Shown one piece after another: positions 11,699-20,713 of a stretch of 64,000 nt of DNA. The translations under genes and the position numbers were made by a program. This DNA is from an uncultured Gemmatimonadales bacterium (GTDB lineage Bacteria > Gemmatimonadota > Gemmatimonadetes > Longimicrobiales > RSA9). Each line of letters starts with the position of its first letter. Position 1 is the stretch's first letter. The stretch is from assembly GCA_963708135.1 (NCBI GenBank), contig OY970192.1:96001-160000 (forward strand). The letters are read 5' to 3'. The notes beneath the pieces are model-generated. The model was not told the DNA's origin, made no database searches, and saw nothing but the letters and a program-made list of their open reading frames with translations.

Positions 11699-11731
11699 AG
11701 CCCCGCCCGGAGCGTTTCCGGGCGGGGCTTC
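11699..11731 (+). terminator. GC hairpin between the M28 and dipeptidase genes
   Basis: AGCCCCGCCCGGA-loop-TCCGGGCGGGGCT inverted repeat. Confidence 0.5.
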
Positions 11732-11752
11732 GTGCGAAAGAGAGGAGGCGGA

Positions 11753-12922
11753 ATGGAGGCAGCAGGCGAGCGGGAGCGCGCGGACGGAGCGGCGGCGCGG
11801 CCGGGCGAGGGTACGGCAGCGCGCGCCCGAGCGCTGCACGATCGCGCGCTCGTGTGGGACGCGCACATGGACACCCTGCAGCGCGTGCTCGTGCGCGGCG
11901 ACGACCTGGGCGAGCGGATGGGCGAGCAGACGGACCTCCCGAGCTGGCGGGAGGGCGGCTTCGGCGCGCAGGTGTTCGCCGTCTGGATCGACGGCATCTA
12001 CGCCCGCCGGCACGCCGCGCGGCGGGCGCTCCAGCTGATCGACGCCTTCCACGCCCAGCTCGCGCGCCACGCCGACCGGATGGCGCTCGCGCGCACCGCC
12101 GGCGACGTGCGCAGGATCACGGGGGAGGGGAGGCTCGCGGCGCTGCTCTCGATCGAGGGCGGCCTGGCCATCGAGGAGGACCTCGGCGTGCTGCGCAGTT
12201 ACCACCGTCTCGGCGCCACGTGCATGACGCTGACGCATGCCGGCTCGATCTCGTGGGCGGACGCCTCGACGGATGCGCCGCGCTCCGGCGGGCTCTCCGC
12301 CTTCGGCCGGCAGGTGATCGAGGAGATGAACCGGCTCGGCATGGTGGTCAACGTCTCGCACACCTCGGATGCCACCGTGCGGGCGGTGCTCGAGACCAGC
12401 CGCGCGCCGATCATCGCCTCGCACTCCTGCTGCCGCGCGCTGTGCGAGCACCCGCGCAACCTGACGGACGAGCTCATGCGGGCCATCGCGGACCACGGCG
12501 GCGTGATCGGCATCAACTTCTTCTCCGGATTCCTCGACCAGGACTTCCAGCGGGCGATGTTCGAGTCGCACGGCGACGTGCTCGCGGTGATGAAGGAGCC
12601 GGTGGACGTGGCGCCCGAGGCGCTCGACGCTCTGGCCGGGGAGCGGATGGCGGGCTTCTTCCACGGCACGCCGCCGCGGCCACCGTTCGAGCGTATCCTC
12701 GAGCACATCGAGCACGCCGTGCGCGTGGTGGGCGCGGATCACGTAGGCCTCGGCAGCGATCTGGACTCGCCGATGCTGCCGACCCCGGCGGGGATGGACG
12801 GTGTGGCGGACTACCCGAAGATCACCGAGGGGCTGCTGCGACGCGGCATGCGCGAGGCGGATGTCGAGAAGGTGCTCGGCGGGTGCTGGCTGCGGGTCTG
12901 GGGCGAGGTGGTAGGGGCTTAG
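11753..12922 (+). CDS. Membrane dipeptidase (M19) family protein
   Basis: DAHMD, SIEG, LTH, VSH, SHS, HPRNLTDE and GLGSD motifs. GGAGG RBS. Confidence 0.9.
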   Translation: MEAAGERERADGAAARPGEGTAARARALHDRALVWDAHMDTLQRVLVRGDDLGERMGEQTDLPSWREGGFGAQVFAVWIDGIYARRHAARRALQLIDAFHAQLARHADRMALARTAGDVRRITGEGRLAALLSIEGGLAIEEDLGVLRSYHRLGATCMTLTHAGSISWADASTDAPRSGGLSAFGRQVIEEMNRLGMVVNVSHTSDATVRAVLETSRAPIIASHSCCRALCEHPRNLTDELMRAIADHGGVIGINFFSGFLDQDFQRAMFESHGDVLAVMKEPVDVAPEALDALAGERMAGFFHGTPPRPPFERILEHIEHAVRVVGADHVGLGSDLDSPMLPTPAGMDGVADYPKITEGLLRRGMREADVEKVLGGCWLRVWGEVVGA

Positions 12923-12959
12923 GCCGGCGAGCGGACCCACGGCGCGGGCCGGTGCACGA

Positions 12960-14381
12960 TCAGTCGGCGTGGCGGAGGACGCTGAGAGCCGCGTTGTGGC
13001 CGCACATGCCGTGGGCGCCGCCGCCGGGCGGGGTGGAGGCCGAGCAGAGGAAGAGCCCGTGCACGGGGGTGGCGTAGGGGTCGGCGCGGACCGCGGGGCG
13101 GAAGAGGAGCTGGCGCAGGTCGGCGATGCCGCCGTTGATGTCGCCGCCGACGAGGTTGGGATCGTAGTGCTCGGAGGCGGCGGCGGAGCGGGAGGCGCGG
13201 GCGAGGATAACGTCGCGGAACCCGGGGGCGAAGCGCTCGACCTGGGCCTCGATGGCTTCGCTCAGATCGGCGGTGGAGCCGTTGGGGACGTGGCAGTACG
13301 CCCAGGCAATGTGGCGGCCGGCGGGGGCGCGCGAAGGGTCGAAGAGGGTGGGCTGGGCGAGCAGGACGAAGGGCCGCTCGGGGAGGCGGCCCTCCCAGGC
13401 GGCGCGGTTGGAGGCGGCGATCTCCTCGGCCCTGCCGCCGAGATGGACGGTGCCGGCGCGGCGGCAGGCGTCGGCGCGCCAGGGGATCGGCGCGCAGAGG
13501 GCCCAGTCGAGCTTGAAGACGCCGGGCCCGTAGCGCCAGCGCTCGAGCTGGCGGCGGTAGTGGCCGGTGAGGCGGGGCCCGGCGACGGCGAGCACCTGCT
13601 TCGGGGTGAGGTCGAGCACGATGGCCTCGGCGGAGGGGAGCGGATCGAGGGAGCGCACCGGGGAGCCGGTGACGACGGAGCCGCCTCGTCTTTCGAGGAG
13701 TCCGATCAGGGCATCGGCGATGCGCTGGGAGCCGCCGCGGGCGAAGGGCCAGCCGACGCAGTGTCCTGCCACGGCGAGCATGAGGCCGAAGGCGGCGGTA
13801 GGCGGCAGGTCGAGCGGCTCGAGGGTATGGGCGGCGATGCCGGCCAGGAGCGCGCGGGCGCGGGCGCCGTGGAAGCGGGCGCGGCCGAGGCCGAGCGCGG
13901 AGCGCAGGCCGACGCGCCCGAAGCGAGCGATGAGGAGCGGGTGGTCGGGGACGCGGAGCAGCGGGCGCAGGGCGTCGTCGAAGAGGTCGCTCCAGCGCTC
14001 GACGAAGGGGTCCATGAGCTCCTGGTAGGGCTCGACGTCCGCGCGGTCGAGAGAGAGCGCCGTCTCGTGGGTCGAGCGGGCGAGGGTGGCGGCGGTGCCG
14101 TCGTCGAAGGGGTGCGCCATCGGCAGCTCGGGGTGCACCCACTCGAGGCCGTGCTCGGCCATCGGCAGCGCGCGGAAGAACGGCGATGCGGCGCCCATCG
14201 GGTGCACGGCGGAGCAGGTATCGTGGATGAAGCCGGGCAGCGTCAGCTCGGCGGAGCGGGTGCCGCCGCCCGGCCGGTCGGCGGCCTCGTAGACGAGGAC
14301 CTGCCGGCCGGCGCGGGCGAGAGTGACGGCGGCGGCCAGGCCGTTGGGCCCGGCGCCGACGATCACCACACGTGCCACCAT
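12960..14381 (-). CDS. FAD-dependent oxidoreductase, phytoene desaturase-like family
   Basis: VVIVGAGPNGL Rossmann motif, DTCSAVHP, C-terminal CSASTPPGGGAHGMCG. GGAGG RBS before the ATG at 14381. Confidence 0.88.
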   Translation of the reverse strand: MVARVVIVGAGPNGLAAAVTLARAGRQVLVYEAADRPGGGTRSAELTLPGFIHDTCSAVHPMGAASPFFRALPMAEHGLEWVHPELPMAHPFDDGTAATLARSTHETALSLDRADVEPYQELMDPFVERWSDLFDDALRPLLRVPDHPLLIARFGRVGLRSALGLGRARFHGARARALLAGIAAHTLEPLDLPPTAAFGLMLAVAGHCVGWPFARGGSQRIADALIGLLERRGGSVVTGSPVRSLDPLPSAEAIVLDLTPKQVLAVAGPRLTGHYRRQLERWRYGPGVFKLDWALCAPIPWRADACRRAGTVHLGGRAEEIAASNRAAWEGRLPERPFVLLAQPTLFDPSRAPAGRHIAWAYCHVPNGSTADLSEAIEAQVERFAPGFRDVILARASRSAAASEHYDPNLVGGDINGGIADLRQLLFRPAVRADPYATPVHGLFLCSASTPPGGGAHGMCGHNAALSVLRHAD

Positions 14382-14581
14382 CGGGCCTCCTCGGTCCCGG
14401 TCCACCCCGTCGGAGCGCACGTCCCGCACCAGCGCGCCGTCGGCGGGTGAGGCCCGCGCGCTCAGACGCCGCGGCGCGGCCGGCACTGGGCCGGTTTGGG
14501 CGCGGCGGCCGCGTCGCCTATATTGCGCGTGCCGGTCCCGCGCGGCCGGAGCTCGCACCCACCCCCGGTAGGGAGATCATC

Positions 14582-16360
14582 ATGGCAGCCAATCGACGCA
14601 TGCCCGGCGCCCGTATGGGCGCGGCGCTGCTCCTGGCGCTGTGCGTGCCCGCGGCGACGCGCGCGCAGCAGCGGACGGCGGACCTCGTGCTGCGGAACGG
14701 CAGGATCGTGACCGTGGATGCGGCGCGGCCGGAGGCGCAGGCGCTGGCGGTGGTGGGAGACCGGATCGCGGCGGTGGGCAGCGACGCCGAGATCGCGCGC
14801 TGGGTCGGCCCGCGCACGCGCGTGATCGACCTCGGGGGCAAGCTGGCGGTGCCGGGATTCAACGAGTCGCACGGGCACTTCATGGGGCTCGGCGAGTCGC
14901 TGTTGGAGTTGAACCTGACAAAGGCGCGGAGCTGGAACGACATCGTGGCCATGGTGCGGGCGGCGGCGGCCAAGGCGAAGCCGGGCGACTGGATCGTGGG
15001 GCGGGGCTGGCACCAGGAGAAGTGGGACCGGGCGCCGCAGCCGAACGTGGAGGGGCTCCCCTACAATACCTCGCTGAGCGCGGCCTCGCCCGACAACCCG
15101 GTGCTGCTGGTGCACGCGAGCGGGCACGGCGCGTACGGCAACGCGAAGGCGTTCGAGCTGGCGGGGATCGGCCCGAAGACGCCGGACCCGGCTGGCGGCG
15201 AGATCGTGCGGGACGCGAAGGGTGTCGCGATCGGCATGCTGCGCGACAACGCGGTCGGGCTGGTGCGCGCCGCGATGCAGCGCTCGCAGGCGGGCCGCAC
15301 GAGCGCACAGGTGGAGGCGCGGGCGCGGCGTCAGGCGACGCTGGCGGCGGAGGACGCGATCCGGAAGGGGGTGACGAGCTTCCAGGACCAGGGCGAGTCG
15401 TTCCGCACGATCGCCATGCTCCGGGAGATGGCGGCCGAGGGGAAGATGCCGATCCGGCTGTACGCGATGGTGGGCGCCGCGCCGGCGGAGTCGCTGGCGC
15501 TCTACCTGCCGAAGATCCGGGTGGTCGGCTTCGCGAACAACCACTTCACGGTGCGCGCGATCGGCGAGATCACGAGCGACGGCGCGCTCGGCACGCACAG
15601 CGCGTGGTTCCTGAAGCCGTACGATGACGTGCCCACGACCACCGGGCTGAACGTGACGCCGATGGCGCGGATCCGGGCCATGGCGGAGGTCGCGCTCCGG
15701 GACGGCTACCAGGTGGCGGTGCACGCGATCGGCGACCGCGCGAACCACGAGACGCTCGACCTCTACCAGAGCATCTTCCAGGCGCACCCGCAGGCGAAGG
15801 ACCTGCGCTGGCGCATCGAGCACGCGCAGCACCTCGAGCCCTCGGACATCCCGCGCTTCGGCCGCATGCACGTGATCGCCTCGATGCAGGGGATCCACGC
15901 CTGCTCCGACGGCCCGTACGTGGTGAAGCGGCTCGGCGAGCAGCGCGCGCGGGAGGGCGCGTACGTCTGGCAGTCGCTGCTCAGAAGTGGCGCAACCATC
16001 GCCAACGGCACAGACGTGCCGGTCGAGGACGAGGACCCGATCCCGAACTTCGCCTGCTCCGTCTCGCGCACGCTCCGCGACGGCTCGCGCTTCTTCCCCG
16101 CGCAGTCCATGAGCCGCCTCGAGGCGCTCCGCTCCTACACGCTGGACGCGGCGTACACCGAATTCATGGAGAAGGAGAAGGGCTCGCTCACGCCCGCCAA
16201 GCTGGCCGATATCGTCGTTCTCTCGAAGGACATCATGACGGTGCCCGCGGCGGAGATCCCGCAGGCGAAGGTGCTTTACACGATCGTGGGCGGGAAGGTG
16301 CTGTACGAGGCGAAGGACGACGCGGCGGCGGCTGGTCGGGGCGTGGGGCGGGGCAACTGA
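14582..16360 (+). CDS. Secreted amidohydrolase (Amidohydro_3/YtcJ-like)
   Basis: Signal peptide. PGFNESHGH, DGALG, HAIGDRA, RIEHAQ, GTDVPVE and KLADIVVLS motifs. Confidence 0.9.
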   Translation: MAANRRMPGARMGAALLLALCVPAATRAQQRTADLVLRNGRIVTVDAARPEAQALAVVGDRIAAVGSDAEIARWVGPRTRVIDLGGKLAVPGFNESHGHFMGLGESLLELNLTKARSWNDIVAMVRAAAAKAKPGDWIVGRGWHQEKWDRAPQPNVEGLPYNTSLSAASPDNPVLLVHASGHGAYGNAKAFELAGIGPKTPDPAGGEIVRDAKGVAIGMLRDNAVGLVRAAMQRSQAGRTSAQVEARARRQATLAAEDAIRKGVTSFQDQGESFRTIAMLREMAAEGKMPIRLYAMVGAAPAESLALYLPKIRVVGFANNHFTVRAIGEITSDGALGTHSAWFLKPYDDVPTTTGLNVTPMARIRAMAEVALRDGYQVAVHAIGDRANHETLDLYQSIFQAHPQAKDLRWRIEHAQHLEPSDIPRFGRMHVIASMQGIHACSDGPYVVKRLGEQRAREGAYVWQSLLRSGATIANGTDVPVEDEDPIPNFACSVSRTLRDGSRFFPAQSMSRLEALRSYTLDAAYTEFMEKEKGSLTPAKLADIVVLSKDIMTVPAAEIPQAKVLYTIVGGKVLYEAKDDAAAAGRGVGRGN

Positions 16361-16368
16361 AAAGAGGA

Positions 16369-16399
16369 GCCCCGCCCGGTCCGAGGACCGGGACGGGGC
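16369..16399 (-). terminator. Hairpin between convergent genes, probable terminator
   Basis: GCCCCG-CCCGGTCC/GGACCGGG-A-CGGGGC stem. The AAAAGA on its left gives a T-tract on the minus strand. Confidence 0.55.
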
Positions 16400-16430
16400 G
16401 TGCAGCGTCCGGCCGCCGGAGACCGGAGCG

Positions 16431-17087
16431 CTACCTCCTCAGGGCCGCCGCCGCGGGGGCGTGGCCCAGCGTGATCGTCAGCCCTGCCGAGAGCGCCAGG
16501 TCGTGCTGGGCCTGCGACGAGACGTTCTCCAGGCCGCTGTCGAACGAGGACGTGAAGTCACGCGCCTCGAGGCGCAGCGCCACCACCGAGAACAGCTTCG
16601 CGTCCACGCCCGCGCCGAAATTCCAGGCGTAGTCCGTCTCCTTCTTCACGCCCGTGTACTTGTAGTCGTAGGTCTTGTACCCGAAGCCGCCGGCCAGGTA
16701 CGGCTCGAAGCGGTGGTTCACCGGCAGGTACAGCGCGAGGCCGGCGCCGTAGTTCAGGATGTTGACGTCGAACTTGTCGAATGCGGCGCTCTTCGAGTCG
16801 AGGGATGCGGGCGCGTACGAGACCACGCCCTGGACACCCAGGCGTTCGCCGATTCGCACGGTCACATCCCCGCCGTAGGCCAGCGAGCTCTTGAGCTCCG
16901 CATCCGCGAGCTCGATCGGCGTGTCGCCCTGCCCGATCATCGCGAAGCGCGCGGGCAGGCTGCCCGCGAAGAGCATTCCGCCGATCTTCGGCGTGACCTG
17001 AAGGCGCAGCGGCGTCTGTGCCGGCGCCGGCGCCGCGGCCACCACGCCAGCGAGCGCCGCGAGCAGCATCCAGCGTCCGTTCCTCAT
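16431..17087 (-). CDS. Outer membrane beta-barrel protein (small, 8-strand type)
   Basis: Signal peptide, alternating aromatic beta strands (PYLAGGFG, WNFGAGV, LRLEARD), GGAGGAG RBS. Confidence 0.8.
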   Translation of the reverse strand: MRNGRWMLLAALAGVVAAAPAPAQTPLRLQVTPKIGGMLFAGSLPARFAMIGQGDTPIELADAELKSSLAYGGDVTVRIGERLGVQGVVSYAPASLDSKSAAFDKFDVNILNYGAGLALYLPVNHRFEPYLAGGFGYKTYDYKYTGVKKETDYAWNFGAGVDAKLFSVVALRLEARDFTSSFDSGLENVSSQAQHDLALSAGLTITLGHAPAAAALRR

Positions 17088-17374
17088 CCGAATCTCCTCC
17101 GCCCGCACCGGGGCGGTCGTCTGGTTTCGCGCACAGGGCGCGCGCGAGGGCCGCCCCGACCTCCGCGGTGCGGCTCCGCCCGCGACGGGAGCCCCGCGAT
17201 GCGAGGTCGGTGCCGTGCGGAGCGGCGCGCCCGGCGGCGCGTAAGGCAAGTTGCGACAAGGAGTTGCGAAATCGCCCCTTGGAGGGATCGCGGGCGATGC
17301 GGCGGGGCGATGCGCGACGGCGTCGGACGGAACGTCCCAGAGGCGGCAATCCCGTCAAGCCCGGAGGTGGCGGA

Positions 17375-18121
17375 ATGGAAGAGGTGATGCTCGAGCGGAT
17401 GACGTGGCCGGAGGTGGCGGCGGCGCTGGAGTCGGGGAAGCGGACGGCGATCGTCGCCTGCGGGGCGGTCGAGCAGCACGGGCCGCAGCTCCCGCTGCTG
17501 ACCGACGCGGCGCACGCGAGCCGCCTCGCGGTGGAGGTGGCGCGGCGGCTCGGGGATGCGCTGGTGGCGCCGACGATCCGGGTGGGCTGCTCGGAGCACC
17601 ACATGCATTTCCCGGGGACGATCTCCATCCAGGCGACGACGCTCGAGGCGCTCTACCGGGACACCTGCACGAGCCTGGCGCGCCACGGGTTCCGGCGGAT
17701 CTGCGTCTTCTCGGCACACGGCGGCAACTTCGCGCCGCTGGAGGAGATGGTGGAAGGGCTGCGGGAGGCGGTGGGGCCGGACGTCGAGGTGGTGGTGTTC
17801 ACTGACCTGCTGGCGGTGATCGGGATGTGGCGGCGGGTGGTGGAGGAGGAGACGGGGCTGGGCGAGCGGGTCGGCGGCCACGCCGACATCGCGGAGAGCT
17901 CGGTCATGCTGGTGCTGCACCCCGAGCTGGTGCGGGAAGAGCGGGCGGTGGCGGGCTACGTGCCGGCGCTCGAGCGGGGCGCGATCGACGAGATCATCGC
18001 GAGGGGCTTCCACACCGTGTCGCCGACGGGCGTGCTGGGGGATGCGCGTGGCATGACGAGGCGCATCGGGGAGCGCTGCATCGCGGAGATGGTGGAGCTG
18101 CTGGTCGGGGCGTTCGCGTGA
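17375..18121 (+). CDS. Creatininase/MftE family amidohydrolase
   Basis: MTWPEV, GAVEQHGPQLPLLTD, SEHHMHFPGT, HGGN and HADIAESS motifs. Confidence 0.9.
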   Translation: MEEVMLERMTWPEVAAALESGKRTAIVACGAVEQHGPQLPLLTDAAHASRLAVEVARRLGDALVAPTIRVGCSEHHMHFPGTISIQATTLEALYRDTCTSLARHGFRRICVFSAHGGNFAPLEEMVEGLREAVGPDVEVVVFTDLLAVIGMWRRVVEEETGLGERVGGHADIAESSVMLVLHPELVREERAVAGYVPALERGAIDEIIARGFHTVSPTGVLGDARGMTRRIGERCIAEMVELLVGAFA

Positions 18122-18211
18122 TGAGCTCCAGACCGTGGAGCAGGCCGGTGAGGTCGTGATTCTCGGGCGTCCTACCCGTCCTCCGGGGCCGGCGCCGGCG
18201 GCGCCGGCCGG

Positions 18212-18240
18212 TTGATGGGCCCGGCGGAGGGGTGTAGATT
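18212..18240 (+). promoter_or_regulatory. Putative sigma70-type promoter of tRNA-Ile copy 2
   Basis: TTGATG-N17-TAGATT ending 23 nt before the tRNA. Confidence 0.6.
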
Positions 18241-18263
18241 CCGGGTCCGGAGCAGGATCGGAC

Positions 18264-18337
<74 letters not shown>

Positions 18338-18347
18338 TGGAAGGAAA

Positions 18348-18393
18348 GCACAGAGCCCCGCTCTTCGCCTCACGGCCGAGCGGGGCTCTGTGC
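18348..18393. terminator. Inverted repeat between the tRNA and the convergent S9 peptidase gene
   Basis: Perfect 16-bp stem GCACAGAGCCCCGCTC / GAGCGGGGCTCTGTGC. Confidence 0.65.
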
Positions 18394-18412
18394 GTGGTCG
18401 CCCGGTGGCCCG

Positions 18413-20575
18413 TTAGCGGGTGCCTTGCGTCTGGATCGCCTTCCCCTTCATCAGCGTGCGGTCGAAGAAGTCGCCGGTCTCCCGGAACACCTCCACCCAG
18501 GTGCGCCAGAGCAGCGAGTCGTGCACCTCGTCCGGCAGCACGGTGAGCTCGAAGGGCACGTGGTGGGCGCGCAGGAGATGCACCAGGTCGATGGTCTGCG
18601 CGAACGGCACGTTGCGGTCGTCGTCGGCCTGGATCAGCAGCACCGGAGAGGTCCACTTGTCGATGGAGGCGACCGGCGACGACTCGTAGGCGGTCTTCCT
18701 CGCCTGCTCCGAGGCTGTGGGGCCGCGTCCGCCCCGGCCGAAGAACGCGGTCCAGTCGTGCACGCCGGCGTAGTCCACGCCAGCCTTGAAGATGTCGGAG
18801 TTCCGGGCCAGCCCCATCGCCGTGAGGTACCCGCCGTACGAGCCGCCCCACAGGCCGATCCTGTTCGGATCGACGTAGGGCAGCGACTGCAGGTACTTGG
18901 CGCCCGCGACGACGTCCTGGTACTCGGATGCGCCCCGCGGTCCTGCGTCCGCCGGCTCGCGGAACTTCCGGCCATACATGATGCCCAGCCGGTAGTTGAC
19001 CGACAGCACCACGTAGCCCCGGCTGGCCAGGTACTGGTTGGCCGCGTACATGAAGTTGTACGCGTCCATGGGGTGGAATCCCAGGAGCATCTGCCTGGAG
19101 GGCCCCCCATGCGTGAAGATCAGCGCCGGCCCAGGCTTCGTACGCCCGCGCGGGACGAAGAGCTGGCCGTGGATCTCCAGTCCGTCCAGGCTCTTGAACA
19201 CCACCTGCTTCGGCGTCACGAGCTGCGCCGACGGATAGTCCGCCGGCAGCTCGCTCGCGGCGATCTCGTCCAGGCCGCTCCTGGTGATACGGTAGGGCAT
19301 GGCCGGCTTCGTGGCCGTCGAGCCCAGGCACAGCACGAAGCGCCCGTCACCGGTGACCACCGGCGTCCATTCGATGGACGCGCCGTGGGTCAGCGCCACC
19401 GGCTTGGCGCTTTCCACCCCCACCCGCCAAATGTGGCGGCGGTCAATGTCCCCCTCGTTCGAGGAGTACACCAGCTCCTTTCCATCGGGCGTCAGCGCGA
19501 CGCCCTGGAACGAGGAGTTGCCCGGGGTGAGGAGCAGCGGCTCACCGCCGTCGGCGGAGATGGAATAGATGTGCGCCCAGCCGTCCGCCTGCGACGCGAA
19601 CACAATGCGACCGCCGGCGGCGAACCGAAACGCATCCTCCTCCCAGCCGCCTCCCCCCGGGTAGGAGCCGTTCGCGTCCTGGGTGCTCTTCCAGACCAGC
19701 TTCCCTTTCCCGCTGGCCACGTCCCACACCCGGATCTCCCACGGCTGGGTGCCGCCGGCGAAGAAACCGCCGCCTCCACCCGTCAGTCGGATGAACGCCA
19801 GCTTCGATCCATCCGGCGACCAACGCGGTAGCCGGTCGCGATCCACGCCCGGGTCCGCGTAGCGCAGCGTCTGGCTGCCGAAATCGTAGATCCCGATCAA
19901 CGCGTGCGTGCCCCGGTTGCTCACGAACGCGATCTTCCTGCTGTCGGGCGACCACTGCGGCTGGGAGTTGCTCCCGCGGATGTAGGCGAGCTTCCGCGCC
20001 GGCTCCTTCCCCGACACCGGCGCGAGCCACAGGTCGTGCCCGCTGCTCCACACCGCGTACCGCCCGTCCGGAGAGATCTGGATGTCCTCGCAGCCCTCGA
20101 ACGGGCAGTTCATGGTCCCGAGGAGCCAGGGTTGACCACCCGATACCGCCGCTGCCCACACCTTTTGCTCGGGCCGCTTCACGTTGCTGGTCGGGTCGGC
20201 CACCTCGCCCTGGTCGTTCGTCTCGCTGCCGCGCGCGTACACGACGGTGTCGCCGCCCGGCGTCAGGCGCAGGCTGGAGATGGGCATGCCGTCGTCGCCG
20301 GTGTAGTGCGTGACCTGACGGCCCACGAAGTCGGGCCCCTCGGCCACCCACACGTTGCGGGCTCCGCGGACGTCGAAGACCCAGGCGATCCGGTCGCCGT
20401 GAGTGGCCGCTGTCAGGCCGTAGGGATACGGGTAGCTCAACGCCTGTTCGAGGCTGAACCCCTGTGTCTGCCCCTGTGCCCGCTGCGGCGGCGCGGCCAA
20501 CGCAAGTGCGCACAGGAGCGCGCCGTAGATCACCTCGCTCGACCCTGCAACCGGGGCTCTGCCCGTCCGTTTCAT
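18413..20575 (-). CDS. Secreted S9 (prolyl oligopeptidase family) peptidase with beta-propeller
   Basis: WSPD/PD40-like repeats, HGGP, nucleophile GGSYG, DDRNV and DEVH catalytic motifs. Confidence 0.92.
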   Translation of the reverse strand: MKRTGRAPVAGSSEVIYGALLCALALAAPPQRAQGQTQGFSLEQALSYPYPYGLTAATHGDRIAWVFDVRGARNVWVAEGPDFVGRQVTHYTGDDGMPISSLRLTPGGDTVVYARGSETNDQGEVADPTSNVKRPEQKVWAAAVSGGQPWLLGTMNCPFEGCEDIQISPDGRYAVWSSGHDLWLAPVSGKEPARKLAYIRGSNSQPQWSPDSRKIAFVSNRGTHALIGIYDFGSQTLRYADPGVDRDRLPRWSPDGSKLAFIRLTGGGGGFFAGGTQPWEIRVWDVASGKGKLVWKSTQDANGSYPGGGGWEEDAFRFAAGGRIVFASQADGWAHIYSISADGGEPLLLTPGNSSFQGVALTPDGKELVYSSNEGDIDRRHIWRVGVESAKPVALTHGASIEWTPVVTGDGRFVLCLGSTATKPAMPYRITRSGLDEIAASELPADYPSAQLVTPKQVVFKSLDGLEIHGQLFVPRGRTKPGPALIFTHGGPSRQMLLGFHPMDAYNFMYAANQYLASRGYVVLSVNYRLGIMYGRKFREPADAGPRGASEYQDVVAGAKYLQSLPYVDPNRIGLWGGSYGGYLTAMGLARNSDIFKAGVDYAGVHDWTAFFGRGGRGPTASEQARKTAYESSPVASIDKWTSPVLLIQADDDRNVPFAQTIDLVHLLRAHHVPFELTVLPDEVHDSLLWRTWVEVFRETGDFFDRTLMKGKAIQTQGTR

Positions 20576-20713
20576 CGAGATCCCTCCGTGTGACCCACAG
20601 GAAGCGCAACCGCCCGTGTTCGCCCGGCGAGCACGGTAGACTGCGGATCAATGAGTGGCAAGCCGGGCGGTCGATCCGGCCTGCACGCTGCTCGTGGCGG
20701 CGACGTTCCCGGT

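Noticed and set aside
12960..14381. Carotenoid biosynthesis cluster
   Set aside because: It is a lone phytoene-desaturase-like gene without crtB, crtE or crtY, and belongs to a broad FAD oxidoreductase family.
17375..18121. Mycofactocin or other RiPP cluster around the creatininase-family gene
   Set aside because: No radical SAM enzyme, precursor peptide or RRE protein nearby.
9076..18263. Active integrative element or prophage between the two tRNA-Ile copies
   Set aside because: No integrase, phage or conjugation genes. The second copy is a full gene with its own promoter, not a partial att site.
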